Assembly (NCBI GenBank): GCA_951406725.2
Contig: OX597815.1
Coordinates: 129,642,001 to 129,706,000 of the forward strand
Direction of reading: 5' to 3'
DNA from: Octopus vulgaris
Lineage: Eukaryota
Length of the DNA: 64,000 bases
The position numbers and the translations under genes are program-made. The notes under the pieces were generated by a model. It was not told where the DNA came from. It was given only the letters and a program-made list of their open reading frames with translations, and searched no databases. Below are positions 11,601-23,600 of the stretch, piece after piece. How positions within the stretch are numbered: the stretch's first letter is position 1; every line of letters starts with the position of its first letter.

Positions 11601-14600
11601 TGTCCCCTCTGTGTTTAGCCCCTTGTGGGTAATAAAGAAATAGGTATTTCGTCTGTCTTATGTTCTGAGTGCAAATTCCTCCGAGGCCGACTTTGCCTTT
11701 CATCCTTTCAGGGTTGATAAATTAAATACCAGTTGTGTACTGGTCCTCTCCCTCAAAATTTCAGGCCTTGTGCCTAGAGTGAAAAAGAATCGTTAACTTA
11801 GCTGCTTTTCACTTGTATTTCGTCCGTCACTATGTTCTGAGTTCCAATTCTGCCGGGGGTCAACTTTGCCTTTCATCCTTTCAGGGTCGATTAAATAAGT
11901 ACCAGTTATGCACTGGGGTTGATGTAATCGACTTAAACCCTTCACCCAAATTTCAGGCCTTGTACTTCCAGTAGAAAGGATTATTAAGGTGGCAAGCTGA
12001 GCGAAATGCTCAGTGGTTTATTTGTCTGTAGCTAAATTCTGCTAATATCAACTTTGCCTTTTGTCCTTAAGAAATCGATAATTTAAGTACCAGTGAAACA
12101 TTGGAGTAGATGTAATTGACTAGTCCCCTCCCCACAAATTTCAGTCTTTGTGCTTTTAGTAGAGAGGATTATTACTTCTGCCTTAGCGAAGGCAGAGGTA
12201 TTGTTTTCAGTTGTGTTTATTTGTTTGTCCATGGTCAAGATATCTGAAGAACTGCTGGATGGATTCGGATGAAACTTTCAGGGATGTTTGGCCTCGTGAC
12301 TAGCACAAACTGATTAAATTTTGGGACAAATCCGGTACCGGGCAAGGATTGTGGATTATTTTTCAGGTTTTTTTGTACTTAATTTTTGAGAGTGGTCAGG
12401 TTCATTTTTAGTATTCCCGTTTCTGAGAGCAGTCAAGTTTACCTCATTGAGAGGACGTTGGTGTTGCCTTGATGGAGGTTTGTGGTCTCTGAGTGCTCTT
12501 ATTATTATTATTATTATTATTATTGCAGTCTTTTCAGAGTCAATTTCGTCTTTCATCCATTTAGTTAAAATACCAGTGCTTTAGTAGGGATCAACCTAAT
12601 TGACTATACCTCCTTCCCCATTATTTCACACTGACTCTATATTAATTCCCTATAATCTGCAGACCCGATCACCTGCCATAGCTATATACATAAGCATTAT
12701 CTCCACTATTATAATCACTTTTACATTCGATTCCACTCGACCCTAACCCAAAGCAACACAGTGTTTTTTACTTGTCTTTGTACTCAAATCAATTCCTCGG
12801 TGAATTAGATGCAAATACGAAGATTCGAAGAGAATACATTAAGAAATCATATCGGCAGAGTTATTGCCCTTAAACACAGAGGCTTGTACTGTGCAATAAG
12901 AATCTTACAGAAACTTTTTATTCCTTGGTGGATACTTCGAAGTCTTCCTCGCTTTAGCAGGTATATTTACTTTTAAGAAATATAAATACTAAAGCTTTTT
13001 CTTCATATCTACTTTGGTTATTGACTGCTTTCTTTGTCATCCGGTCAGAACTTGGCAGGATTTGAAATCAGTAGATTTTTTTTAAAAACTGTAAAAGAAA
13101 GTATTTAATCTAATAACTGTGTACCATTTCTAAGTTAACAACCTATGATCGTCATCTAAATATCTATTATCCTTAAAGAACACATCAAAGCACTTTTAAA
13201 GTCTCATTTCGCTCAGGATCTTACATGCTATTCATCATCATTATTATCATTTAACGTCCGCATGCATAGGAGAGGTTGTCACGGTTGGAGATAGTTCTTA
13301 TTCAGAGTTATTGCCCTTGCAAGATCAGTACTCGCGTGTACGTTTCATTAGTTGAGGGATGCTTAAATATAAGCAATTAAAAGGGGGTCATGAGTTGAAA
13401 TTAATTTTAAGTGATTCACAGCAACTCTGTACAGGACACCATATTCTGTGTCCCACAGGTTGTCTGGCAGTTAAAAAATAGGACAGGTGCTATGAGAAAA
13501 GTTTCTTGCCTGAAACAGGCATCCATCCATGGGAAGATGTCTTTCATTTGTTTAGTTACAACTAAATTGAGAGAGCATACAGGACAAAGATATCCTTCAG
13601 CTACAATGTTTATTAAAGGATTATCAATTGTTTTTTAATGCTATATACAAAGCATGGGTATGTGGTTAAAGCGTTTACTTCCCAACCACATAGTTTTGGG
13701 TTCAATTTCACTGCGTAGCACCTTAGGCAAGTGTCTTTTATTATAGTTAACAAAAGTCGTGCATACGGAATTGGTAGGTGGAAACTTTGTAGAAGCCTAT
13801 TATATGTGATGTGAAGGGTATGTATGCTTGTGTCTCCTTGTCTTGACATTACATGGTAGTTGTAAATGAGTGTCATTGGCATTGATTTCCAATATTCTGT
13901 AGAAACGCATCTGGCTATGGAGAAATAATAATTTGCTGGGAAATAGGTGAGGGTTGATGACAAGAAGGGCATCAGGCCATAGAAAATCTACCTCAATAAA
14001 CTCCGTCTCATCCATGCAAATACAGAAAAATGGCCGTTAAAACTATAAGGATGCTGTTATCATTAGGATAACATAATGGAGAGGATGTAAAAATCCAGTC
14101 AGTCTCTTAGAAATAATTGAATTCTTAGTATAACTAAAAAAGCAGGCTCTAAGTCAATGTTTCTCCCTCTTTGATGACAATTTGAATTGGCCAGCATCCC
14201 TTCTTAAATCTTTCACAAAAGAAAATGAAATTTAATTTTGAATTCCCAGCACTTTTCAAATGAATTTCTATCATCCTCGGTTGGGAAACATTGCTCCAAG
14301 AGGTTGAGGAAGTTCAAAGCTGAGATCTTAGCCACTGGAAATGGCTGCATGCAAGGAAGACTACTCTTCTTGTCTTAATAACCTAATTAAGTTTCTTATC
14401 AATTTCGCATGAGAGGGATAATAATGAGCAATAAATACCTTATCCAGTAATTTGCTCCAATATTTGAATTTATTGCACAATCAAAACCACATCGAATTTG
14501 AAAAAAATCTAAAATGCACTGTACAAACCCTAAATGCTTTTACTTGTGTTTTCTTACTTCACATCTATTTGTACATTTACATATTGCTTTCACAGCTAAC

Positions 14601-17600
14601 CACTGAACTGTAATGTGGGGTAATAATACAAACCACGCAATAAACTGAAGTCAGCAGAATAATGCACATGACCAAGGGATCAGAACACAATAGCTAAAGC
14701 AGAGTTTAAACTTCTATAAATTTATATTTAGTATAGGATGTTTGGCATTAAAATGGAATATCCTGCTACCAGGAGAGAAAAGAAGGCACATGGCTTAGTG
14801 GTAAGAGTGTTGGACTCATGACCATAAGATTGTCGGTTTGATTCCTGGACTGGGTGATGTGTTGTGTTCTGGAACAAAACACTTTATTTCACATTGCTCC
14901 AGTCCACTCAACTGGTAAAAATGAGTAATCCTGCGACTGGCTGACATCCTATTCAGGGGTGAATAGATACATCAGAGAAGCCAGGAAACCAGCCCCATGC
15001 TCTTTACGGAACAATGTGAACTAACCATCAGACAAGTGGTGTTGTTCACTTCTGATCTTCTGTGGGAACATGTCCAGCAATGGTGAAAATTATCGTTTGG
15101 AAGTGGGACAGCAAAAGGGCATCCGGCCATAGAAAATCTGCATCAACAAATTCCATCTGACCCATAGAAACATGGAAAAGGTGAACATTAAAACAATGAT
15201 GAGGAGGAGGAGAATGATGATGATGATGAACATACACAAAGGAGGAACCATGAACAGAGCATCAGTCCTTTATGAAATACATCTGAATAACAAGTCGGTT
15301 TAAATATTCCAATATTAGCATCAAAAGGATATTATAAAGTGTTTTGATAACGAGGATTTGTTTTTGGCAGAAAGTTTTCATGGCTGTTGGGTGAGAGACT
15401 GGAGGAGAAGCCTTTAGACTTTTGTGCAAAACAGTTAGGAGAGATTCTACAGACTTTTCTTGGTCTTTAAGCCAACTGTTTTGATTCAATTCCTAAAGAA
15501 GAAAACAGGATAGAAACCGTTCAATAGTTATCATGTAAGGAAAAGGAATGAATATTCTTTAACCAAAAAGGGATTCTAGCTTATCTGTTGGCATTCTCAT
15601 GATGATATTGTTAACCCATTAAGTGCTAGGATTTGCACTTACATAGCACGGACTGCTGAGCACATTTTATGAAAATAAGACTACCAATGCACACATGAAA
15701 AACAAAAAATAGTTAAAATCTCTTCTTAGTATATAATGGTGGTAAGCTTTACATCATCTGAAAAGACATTAGTTGAACTATTACTCCTCTTGCATTCTGT
15801 GGGGGATCGAAGCGCTTCAGTGACATTAGACCCTAACAAATGCCCATAAATTAAATGCATCTATCTGGGCCACGATTGTGGCCTGTTGGCCACGATTGTG
15901 ACCCATCGCACTTTATATGTTAATACTTGTATTTCATTCTGAGAGAGGTGGTGGTGGTGGTGAAAGCACAATAGTTCAGCTTACAACATTCTTTCTATCA
16001 TTGGTATTTTACTAACTGAGTCAGGATTCTTTTAATCCAACAGGTAAGAATTCGTAATCAATACTCAATGCTAATGAAATGTTTGTTAGTTATACAGTAA
16101 TGTCATTTTTAACAAATTTTTTTGTTCTTATTTTCAAATACAATGTAATATAATTTTTTTAAGGATCCGGAAGTTTGGCAGAGAAAGTAAAAGACTTTAG
16201 TTATAAACTGTATGAAATAGGACACAAGAAATTGGTTTAGTTTTGTAAAATAGATAAAAAGAAAATGACAAGCAATATTTTACTTAAAGATGGTATTGAG
16301 ACATTTAGTAATGATGTTGTTTAAGTGGAAATGAAAAAGTTTGATGAACCTCAAAATGGAAATAGCAATGATAGTTATGATGATGATTATGATGGTTTGG
16401 GAACAGTGAATCTATGTCAATATCAATGATGTTTAGTGTTAGCAGTAATCGAAATCTCCAAATACCTCCAAAATTTCAATACATAATTCCAGAGCTCTGC
16501 ATGAGGCTTCTATCTCGGAATCGAGCGATGATGAAATCCAGCTAGTCATAGCCTCAAGATGGAAGGTTGTGACATTCTTTGGTGCTGTTGGGTCATTGTA
16601 TTGGGAGAGATCAAATAGATAATAGCTGAGCGTTTTCCGAATACTTTTGACCGAACAGAATGAAATGAAGAGTTCAAACACCTGAAAAGTTGAAGGAAAA
16701 TTATTTAATGAGATGCTTAAGAAAAGAAGGACAAACACCACAGAAAGGCTGAGATGTCTAACATGGACCACATCTGTGACCAGAATACAGGATGGTAGAC
16801 AGATATCATACTTGGGTTGTATTTTTTTTTTGTATGTAGGCATATGGATATGAAAATAAACAGATCAACATACAGACGGATAGGTACATAGGTTATAAGA
16901 ACAGACAAGCACACATACGCAAATGGAAACTGAAACACATGACCATATATACACACACTTTACTCCACACAAGGTCACATATGGAGACACGGGTTCACAC
17001 ATATAGAGATGCACATCCATACATACAAACATGGTACATAGTTGCAAAACACACACACACACACAGACATGCACACACAAGGAGACCGAGGTGCATACAT
17101 ATACAAACACATGCATAGAAAATACACAAACATGGACATGCAAGCACATGAATATGCAGAATACATACATACAGATGCACACACATACATATATACATAT
17201 GCATATGCATGCATGCATAGGCACACACACACACACTGACCCAACACACATGCGCACAAACAAACAAAAAGGAATGCAGTGAAAATAACGGACAGAATCA
17301 AGACTATTAAAAAGGTTGCAAGATGCAACGAAAATTTTAGGAAAATAAAAATAGGAAATAAGTGGAAATTTTACTGGTGAATGTGTTAAATTTTTAGGCT
17401 CAAAAAGAAAATGACTATCTCCAGGCACAACAGAATATGCTTCAACAGACAAACTCATATAAAGAATCTTGCAAACCAAATCCCAAAACAAAATACTTGG
17501 ATTGTATTTTTATAAAGCAGCTTTCTGTAATGTAATTTCTAAACATGTTATTTACACATTACTTAGTATCAGCTCATAGCAGGATTGTGTGAAAACGCTT

Positions 17601-20600
17601 ATGTGAAGGTTAGTGACACCTGTTGGCAGGGCTCAGTTAATGTTGGCTGAAGGTAACAAGATAAAAGAATTACTCAACAAGCTAAGAGCATACCTTTGTA
17701 GCAGTCAGTGCAGAGCAACTTCCTAAAAGTACAAAGACTTCCTTCAATGATGCAGAAAGGTGAGTAAACCTGATGTAAAAATAAAATAAAGATAACTAGA
17801 AAATAAATAGAATAAATTAAATCATGGAAGAACCATTTAATAACACAGAGACCTGTTAAATTCAATTTAAATTTCAATTTATTTCATAAGGTTTTGAAAT
17901 TCTATTTATTTTTTCCTTCACCCTCACCCTTTTGCAACTTGGTCATTGACACTGTTCCACTGTAATGGAACAGTTGCCAGGTTTGTAGCTTTGCAATGAA
18001 AATTTTGGTAGTAATAATTCGTATTATTATTAAATGGCTAGAGTCACTCTTACATGATGTAGTTACTTCAGTTCCTACACACGATCTCAGATCAAGTCAC
18101 TTGCTAGACAGGCACAACTCTAAACATAATCATCATCATCGTTTAACATCCGCTTTACATGCTAGCGTGGGTTGGACGATTTGACTGAGGACTGGTGAAC
18201 CAGAAGGCTGCACCAGGCTCCAATCTGATCTGCCCTTCCTGACACCAACCACTCCGAGAGTGTAGTGGGTGCTTTTACGTGCCACCAGCACGAGGGCAGT
18301 CAGGTGGTACTGGCAATGGCCACACTCAAATGGTGTTTTTTACGTGCCACCTACACAGGAGCCAGTCCAGCAGCACTGGCAATGACCTCGCTCAAATGTT
18401 TTTTCATGGGCCAGTAAGGCGACACTGGTAACGATCACTGCCAGTAAGGCGACATAGAAAATAAATAGAATTAAAGAATCTACATAATTTCATAGACCAT
18501 TGTTACCTGGAAAGATATCATCACTATCATCAATGTAATAATCATTCTTCCCAGCAGGAATAGATGAGACAGGTTCACAAGTTAACAAACATATACATAC
18601 TTCACTTCAATGTAATCTCATCTGCTAAGTCTATTTCAACTTGTCCTAATTATTTCTTCTCTAGTCTATATTAGTCTGTTGCAAGTCATACCTTTGTGTT
18701 GGATTCGGTCAGACATTTTAAAGTATTTCCATCAACACAATATGCTTTTTTTCACTGATTACAATGAATAAAATAACTAAATAATTAAGAAAAAGTAGTG
18801 TCAGGTAGTTACTGGTAATAGTAACAATTAGTTACAGAGGCAAGTACGAAGAAGAAAACTGATATCTGTTGAGATTTATGATAAAAAATATTTATTCTTT
18901 TCATAAACAAACAAAAATGCTGTCATTACTACAAACATCAACAGAATTTGAATGTTACTGTCCTTGGTTTGATTGTAACAGCAGTCAAAGTGTGGTGAGT
19001 TGGTGCTGGTGTTGCTGTCATTCATTGTTTAGCTGCTGTCAGCTTGGGTCAGCAGCTGTGTGCATCTGTTCGCTGTCTATCTGCTGTTTCTCAATGCTCC
19101 CTGTCTAAGTAGCTAAGGTGTGCTGAATTTATATTGATGGTTAGGTTCAGAAAGAAGTGTGCCAAAAGATTAAATTGTTATTGGAGCCAGTTCCACACAA
19201 AGTCTTCATTGATCAGAATTTTTTTCTATCATGTGGGTAATATTCTAGCAAGTTGCGACATCGGATGTAGTGATCTGTTTACTGAATATTCCCACTACAG
19301 GCACAACACCTTAGATTTATAAGACTGAGAGACTGTGATATGGTTACATTCATTATGTTTCCAAAATTACAAACAGAACAAGTTAAATGAAATGGCTTTA
19401 AACAGGGGCACCAGTTTGATTTTATGGTCCTTGTAGTTCCAACCAAAAAAACACATGGGTGGGAGGTGAACTATTTTGACCATCACTAACAGCAAACTCC
19501 ATAACAACTATGGAATTTACACCTGCAATGCTGCGACGTCACCTTCAAAATAAGCGCAACTATGCCTCCCCTGGTCTCGATGGAGTTACATACCTGCTTC
19601 TCAAACGTGGCAGGCACTTCCTTTTACACCAGCTTTCTATTTTCTTCCAGTACTGTCTCAACAATGGTGCTACTCCGGAGCAGTGGAAAACTGCCAGTGT
19701 CATTCCTCTGTTCAAAAAGGGTGACCGCACATCACCTGTCAACTATCGCCCAGTCAGTCTCACTAGCTGTATTGCAAAACTGATGGAATCGTGTGTCAGA
19801 GAAACACTCTGGAACTTCTGGAGCTCTCACAGTCTCATCCGACCCTCACAATATGGATTTGTCCCTAACTCCAGCTGCAGTGACCAGCTTGTCGAGTTCC
19901 TTGAGGACATTACTCAGATCACTGACAGTGGCTCATGGGTGGATGTTGTCTACCTTGACTTTGCTAAGGCTTTCAACTCTGTGCCACACAAAAGGCTTAT
20001 GGTGAAACTCTCTGCAATGAGTGTGGGGGATGACCTTTTTAACTGGTTGAAATCCTTCATCCTCAGCCGAAAGGAGGTAGTCACAGTTCTAGGACAGCAC
20101 TCTACACCATATGAGATGTCATCGGGTGTACCACAGGGATCTGTCCTTGGTCCCCTCCTGTTTGTGGCATACATTAATGACATAGATGCCAATTTAAAGA
20201 ATGCCACAGTATTGAAATATGCAGACGACATCAAGCTGTACCTTGAAATCAAGAGGACTGATCCTGATGTCTACAACTCTTTCCTGCAATCAGACCTAGA
20301 CACAATGCAGCAATGGATCACAGACTGGCAACTGAAACTGGCTGTGGACAAGTGTACCACCATGCATTTTGGGAGAAAAAACCCTGCGTCCACATACTCC
20401 CTCCACAACACTGATATCAAGAAATCCTCTTGCGAGCGTGACCTAGGCATCACTGTCAGTAGTGATTTGCGTTGGACAAAGCATATCTCTAAAATTGTCA
20501 AGAAGGCCGAGGGTGTCTTGGCATCACTCAGCAAGACTTTTATTAGCCGCTCTCCAGCCATCTATTTAAAACTGTATACAGCTATGGTACGACCACACTT

Positions 20601-23600
20601 GGAATTCGCATCATCAGTTTGGAATCCCTATCTTGCTCAGAACATTGACCTCCTGGAATCTGTCCAGAGACGTGCAACCAAACGCATACCCTCCATCAGA
20701 CACCTACCATATTCTGAGCGCCTTGTTTCCCTGGGCATGGATTCACTGAAGCTCCGGCGTCTGGCGACAGACTTGGTAAACACCCACAAGGTTATCAACC
20801 ACCTCACCAACAACACACGTGGACATGCCTACAAAGTCAGAAAACAACACAGCTCCCATGACTTTCGGAAACATTTTTTCACGCTCAGAGTTGCTGAAGC
20901 ATGGAATAAACTGCCTGCGTCAGTTGTTGACTGCCATGACACTGCATCCTTTAAAGCCCTCATGCTTTCCGAAATCCGCCGAAACTACACCTGATTATAT
21001 ATAAACTTTAGATGAGTTGTAGTGCACCTGAGCACTGTACACAATTATTATTATTATTATATAAAACAAACATTCAGTTACAGATCAACAATTTTACTTA
21101 CACTGCAAGGAGCTGCTGTATTTTGGAATTCTTCATCATGTCAATAAATAAATCAATGGCATAGAGACGACTGGTTCCTGATTCACCATTAATAACAATA
21201 TTAAACATCATCTTGAATGTCTGGTTGATGTTGTTGGCATTGAATAGCTGTCAACAAAATTGGGAGTAAATAAGAAACAAATATTTATTTGGTAAAATAA
21301 AGAATATGGAATAATCTAGAAACAGAATCTCTGATAATTCATTTTGGAAAATATAAACACGTGCAGATCAATCTATTTTCATTTGACTCTATGTAAGTGT
21401 GAATATATCCATATATAAAAAATACACACACTACAAGACCTTTGCTTCCTCAGAGGTAACTGGTTTTGTGTTACATCCACACTAACATTCCTGACCCTTT
21501 CATCTCCTCCTCTTCCTCTTGCCACCAATATTGTATCCCACCCCAATCTCAAAACCCAACATTAATCATTATACTTAGTCCTTCCACCTCAGAATATTGA
21601 AATTCTAATACTGTATATATGTTTTTCCTGTGGCCATCTACAGGGCTGATGACTACTAGAGAGAAACGTTTACCACATTGATATCACAGAGGTGTTAGAG
21701 GATGTGCAAAGGCCATGGGCTTAGCCTCTTCCACCAGATCAAAAAACCCAAAAAGTTTTAACTAACTTCACACATCCAAAAGATCATGCTTACTTTTCTC
21801 TCACACCAATATAAGTTTTATGTCAAGAAATATTAAAGCATATAAATGTATGTGTACATGACTGCTTACTTACAAAAGTTTACACATACCTACAGACACA
21901 AAATTACACAATGCAAAGGTATAGATTATTTGCCAACATAACATGGCAGTCATGGTTTAGGACGAATGTTGCTGTAATTTAGCCCCAGGAGACATCGTCT
22001 CCAGCTGGCTATACGACATGATCTGTGTCCTTATATTTTCAAACAAGGGAATCTAGCACCCCTTGTTCGAAAATATAAGGACACAGATCATGTCGTATAG
22101 CCAGCTGGAGACGATGTCTCCTGGGGCTAAATTACAGCAACATTCGTCCTAAACCAGGACTGCCATGTTATGTTGGCAAAAATCTTTGTTCCAAAGTACT
22201 GTTGCTGAAAATCTCTTGTGAGATTTAAAAATAGTAATTTTGTAATGCAAAGGTACATTAACAGTCAGACAAAATGAAAATGTAAGTATTTCAATAATAG
22301 TAACAATAAAAGTAACTGGTAACTTACTTTGTCTCCTAATTCTTCTTGAAGACACAAACTGGTGAGTATGGAGAGTGAGAAGATTATCATGCTCAAGTTA
22401 TTATGAGACAGAAACGGGATCAAAGTTAGCTTCAGCTTGCGAGATACTTCCTACAAGTAAAATAGAAACATTCATTATCATCATCATTGTTTAAGGTCTG
22501 CCTTCCATGTTGGCATGGGTGGAGTGGTTTGACAGGGGCCAGCCAGGCAGAAGCCTGCACCAGACTTCTGTGACTGTTTTGGCAGGATTTTTACAGCTGG
22601 ATGCCCTTTCCAGTAAAGTGGACTTAGAGCTTTTTATAAGGCACAAGCACAGGTGAGGTCAGTTTTGGCAAGGTTTTTACAGCTGGATGCCCTTACATAC
22701 ATAAATACGCATATAGAGAGGATGGGTGTGCATGTGCATGCATGCAGCAATATGCTTATTTAATGTTCACATTTCAATGCTTGCAGAAGGTCAAACAGAA
22801 TTTGTTGAAGCAGATTTTGTACAGCCAGATGCCCTTCCTGTCACTAACCCTCACCTGCTTCCAAGCAAGATTAAATTTCTCCATGGCCAAACATGTTTTT
22901 CAGGAAAGACTGGAAACAAACAACCTCACCTGCATGATGATTATGCTCATTAGCAACCATCATGAAAAGTCTAAGCAAAGGTACACACAAACACATATAG
23001 ATCATCATAATCATTTAACATCCTTGTTCTATGCTGACATATGTTGGATGGTACACACACACACACACGATATGCATTTTGCAATTTCCATCAATCAAAG
23101 CTAGGGCTAGAGTAGAAGACACTTGCCAAAGGTGGAGTGCAATGGGACTGAACTAAAAAAGGACATGGTTGGAAAGCAAGCTTCTTGACCATGGAGCCAC
23201 GGCTATATATCATCATCATCATCATTGTCATGTAACGTCTATGTTCCATGCTGGCATGATCCAAATGAATCCAAGGACTTCATTGTGCTCCAGTGTCTGC
23301 TTTGGCATGGTTTCTACAGCTGGATGTCTTTCCTAACACCAACCACTTTACAATGTGAACCAGGACTGTTTTTATGCCCCTGACACTATTGAGGTCACCA
23401 TGTAACTTGTAAATCTGCAAACCCAAGGAGGATGGAGTGAGATGGTTCTGAATATCAAAAAACAAAAGTGACATTGAGAGGACAGAAGAGCTGATGCAAG
23501 TGAGATGTAGGGGAGGGGGCAATGTGTGGATAGGATTGATTGAGGTACTCATATATACACACACATATATGCATATATATACTAAACAAAAGATGAAGAC

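Larger units (their letters stand above)
5946..15332 (-). other. CIP2A: U12-type (minor spliceosome) AT-AC intron, 9387 nt
   Basis: 5' end ATATCCTTTT (15332-15323); branch site CCTTAAC (5961-5955); terminal AC (5947-5946); removal joins A+AT into an Asn codon, in frame. Confidence 0.9.

Noticed and set aside
16865-17491. Several overlapping ORFs up to 208 aa rich in Cys/Val/Met or His/Thr
   Set aside because: Translations of a (CA)/(TG)-type low-complexity tract in a CIP2A intron; no domain signal.
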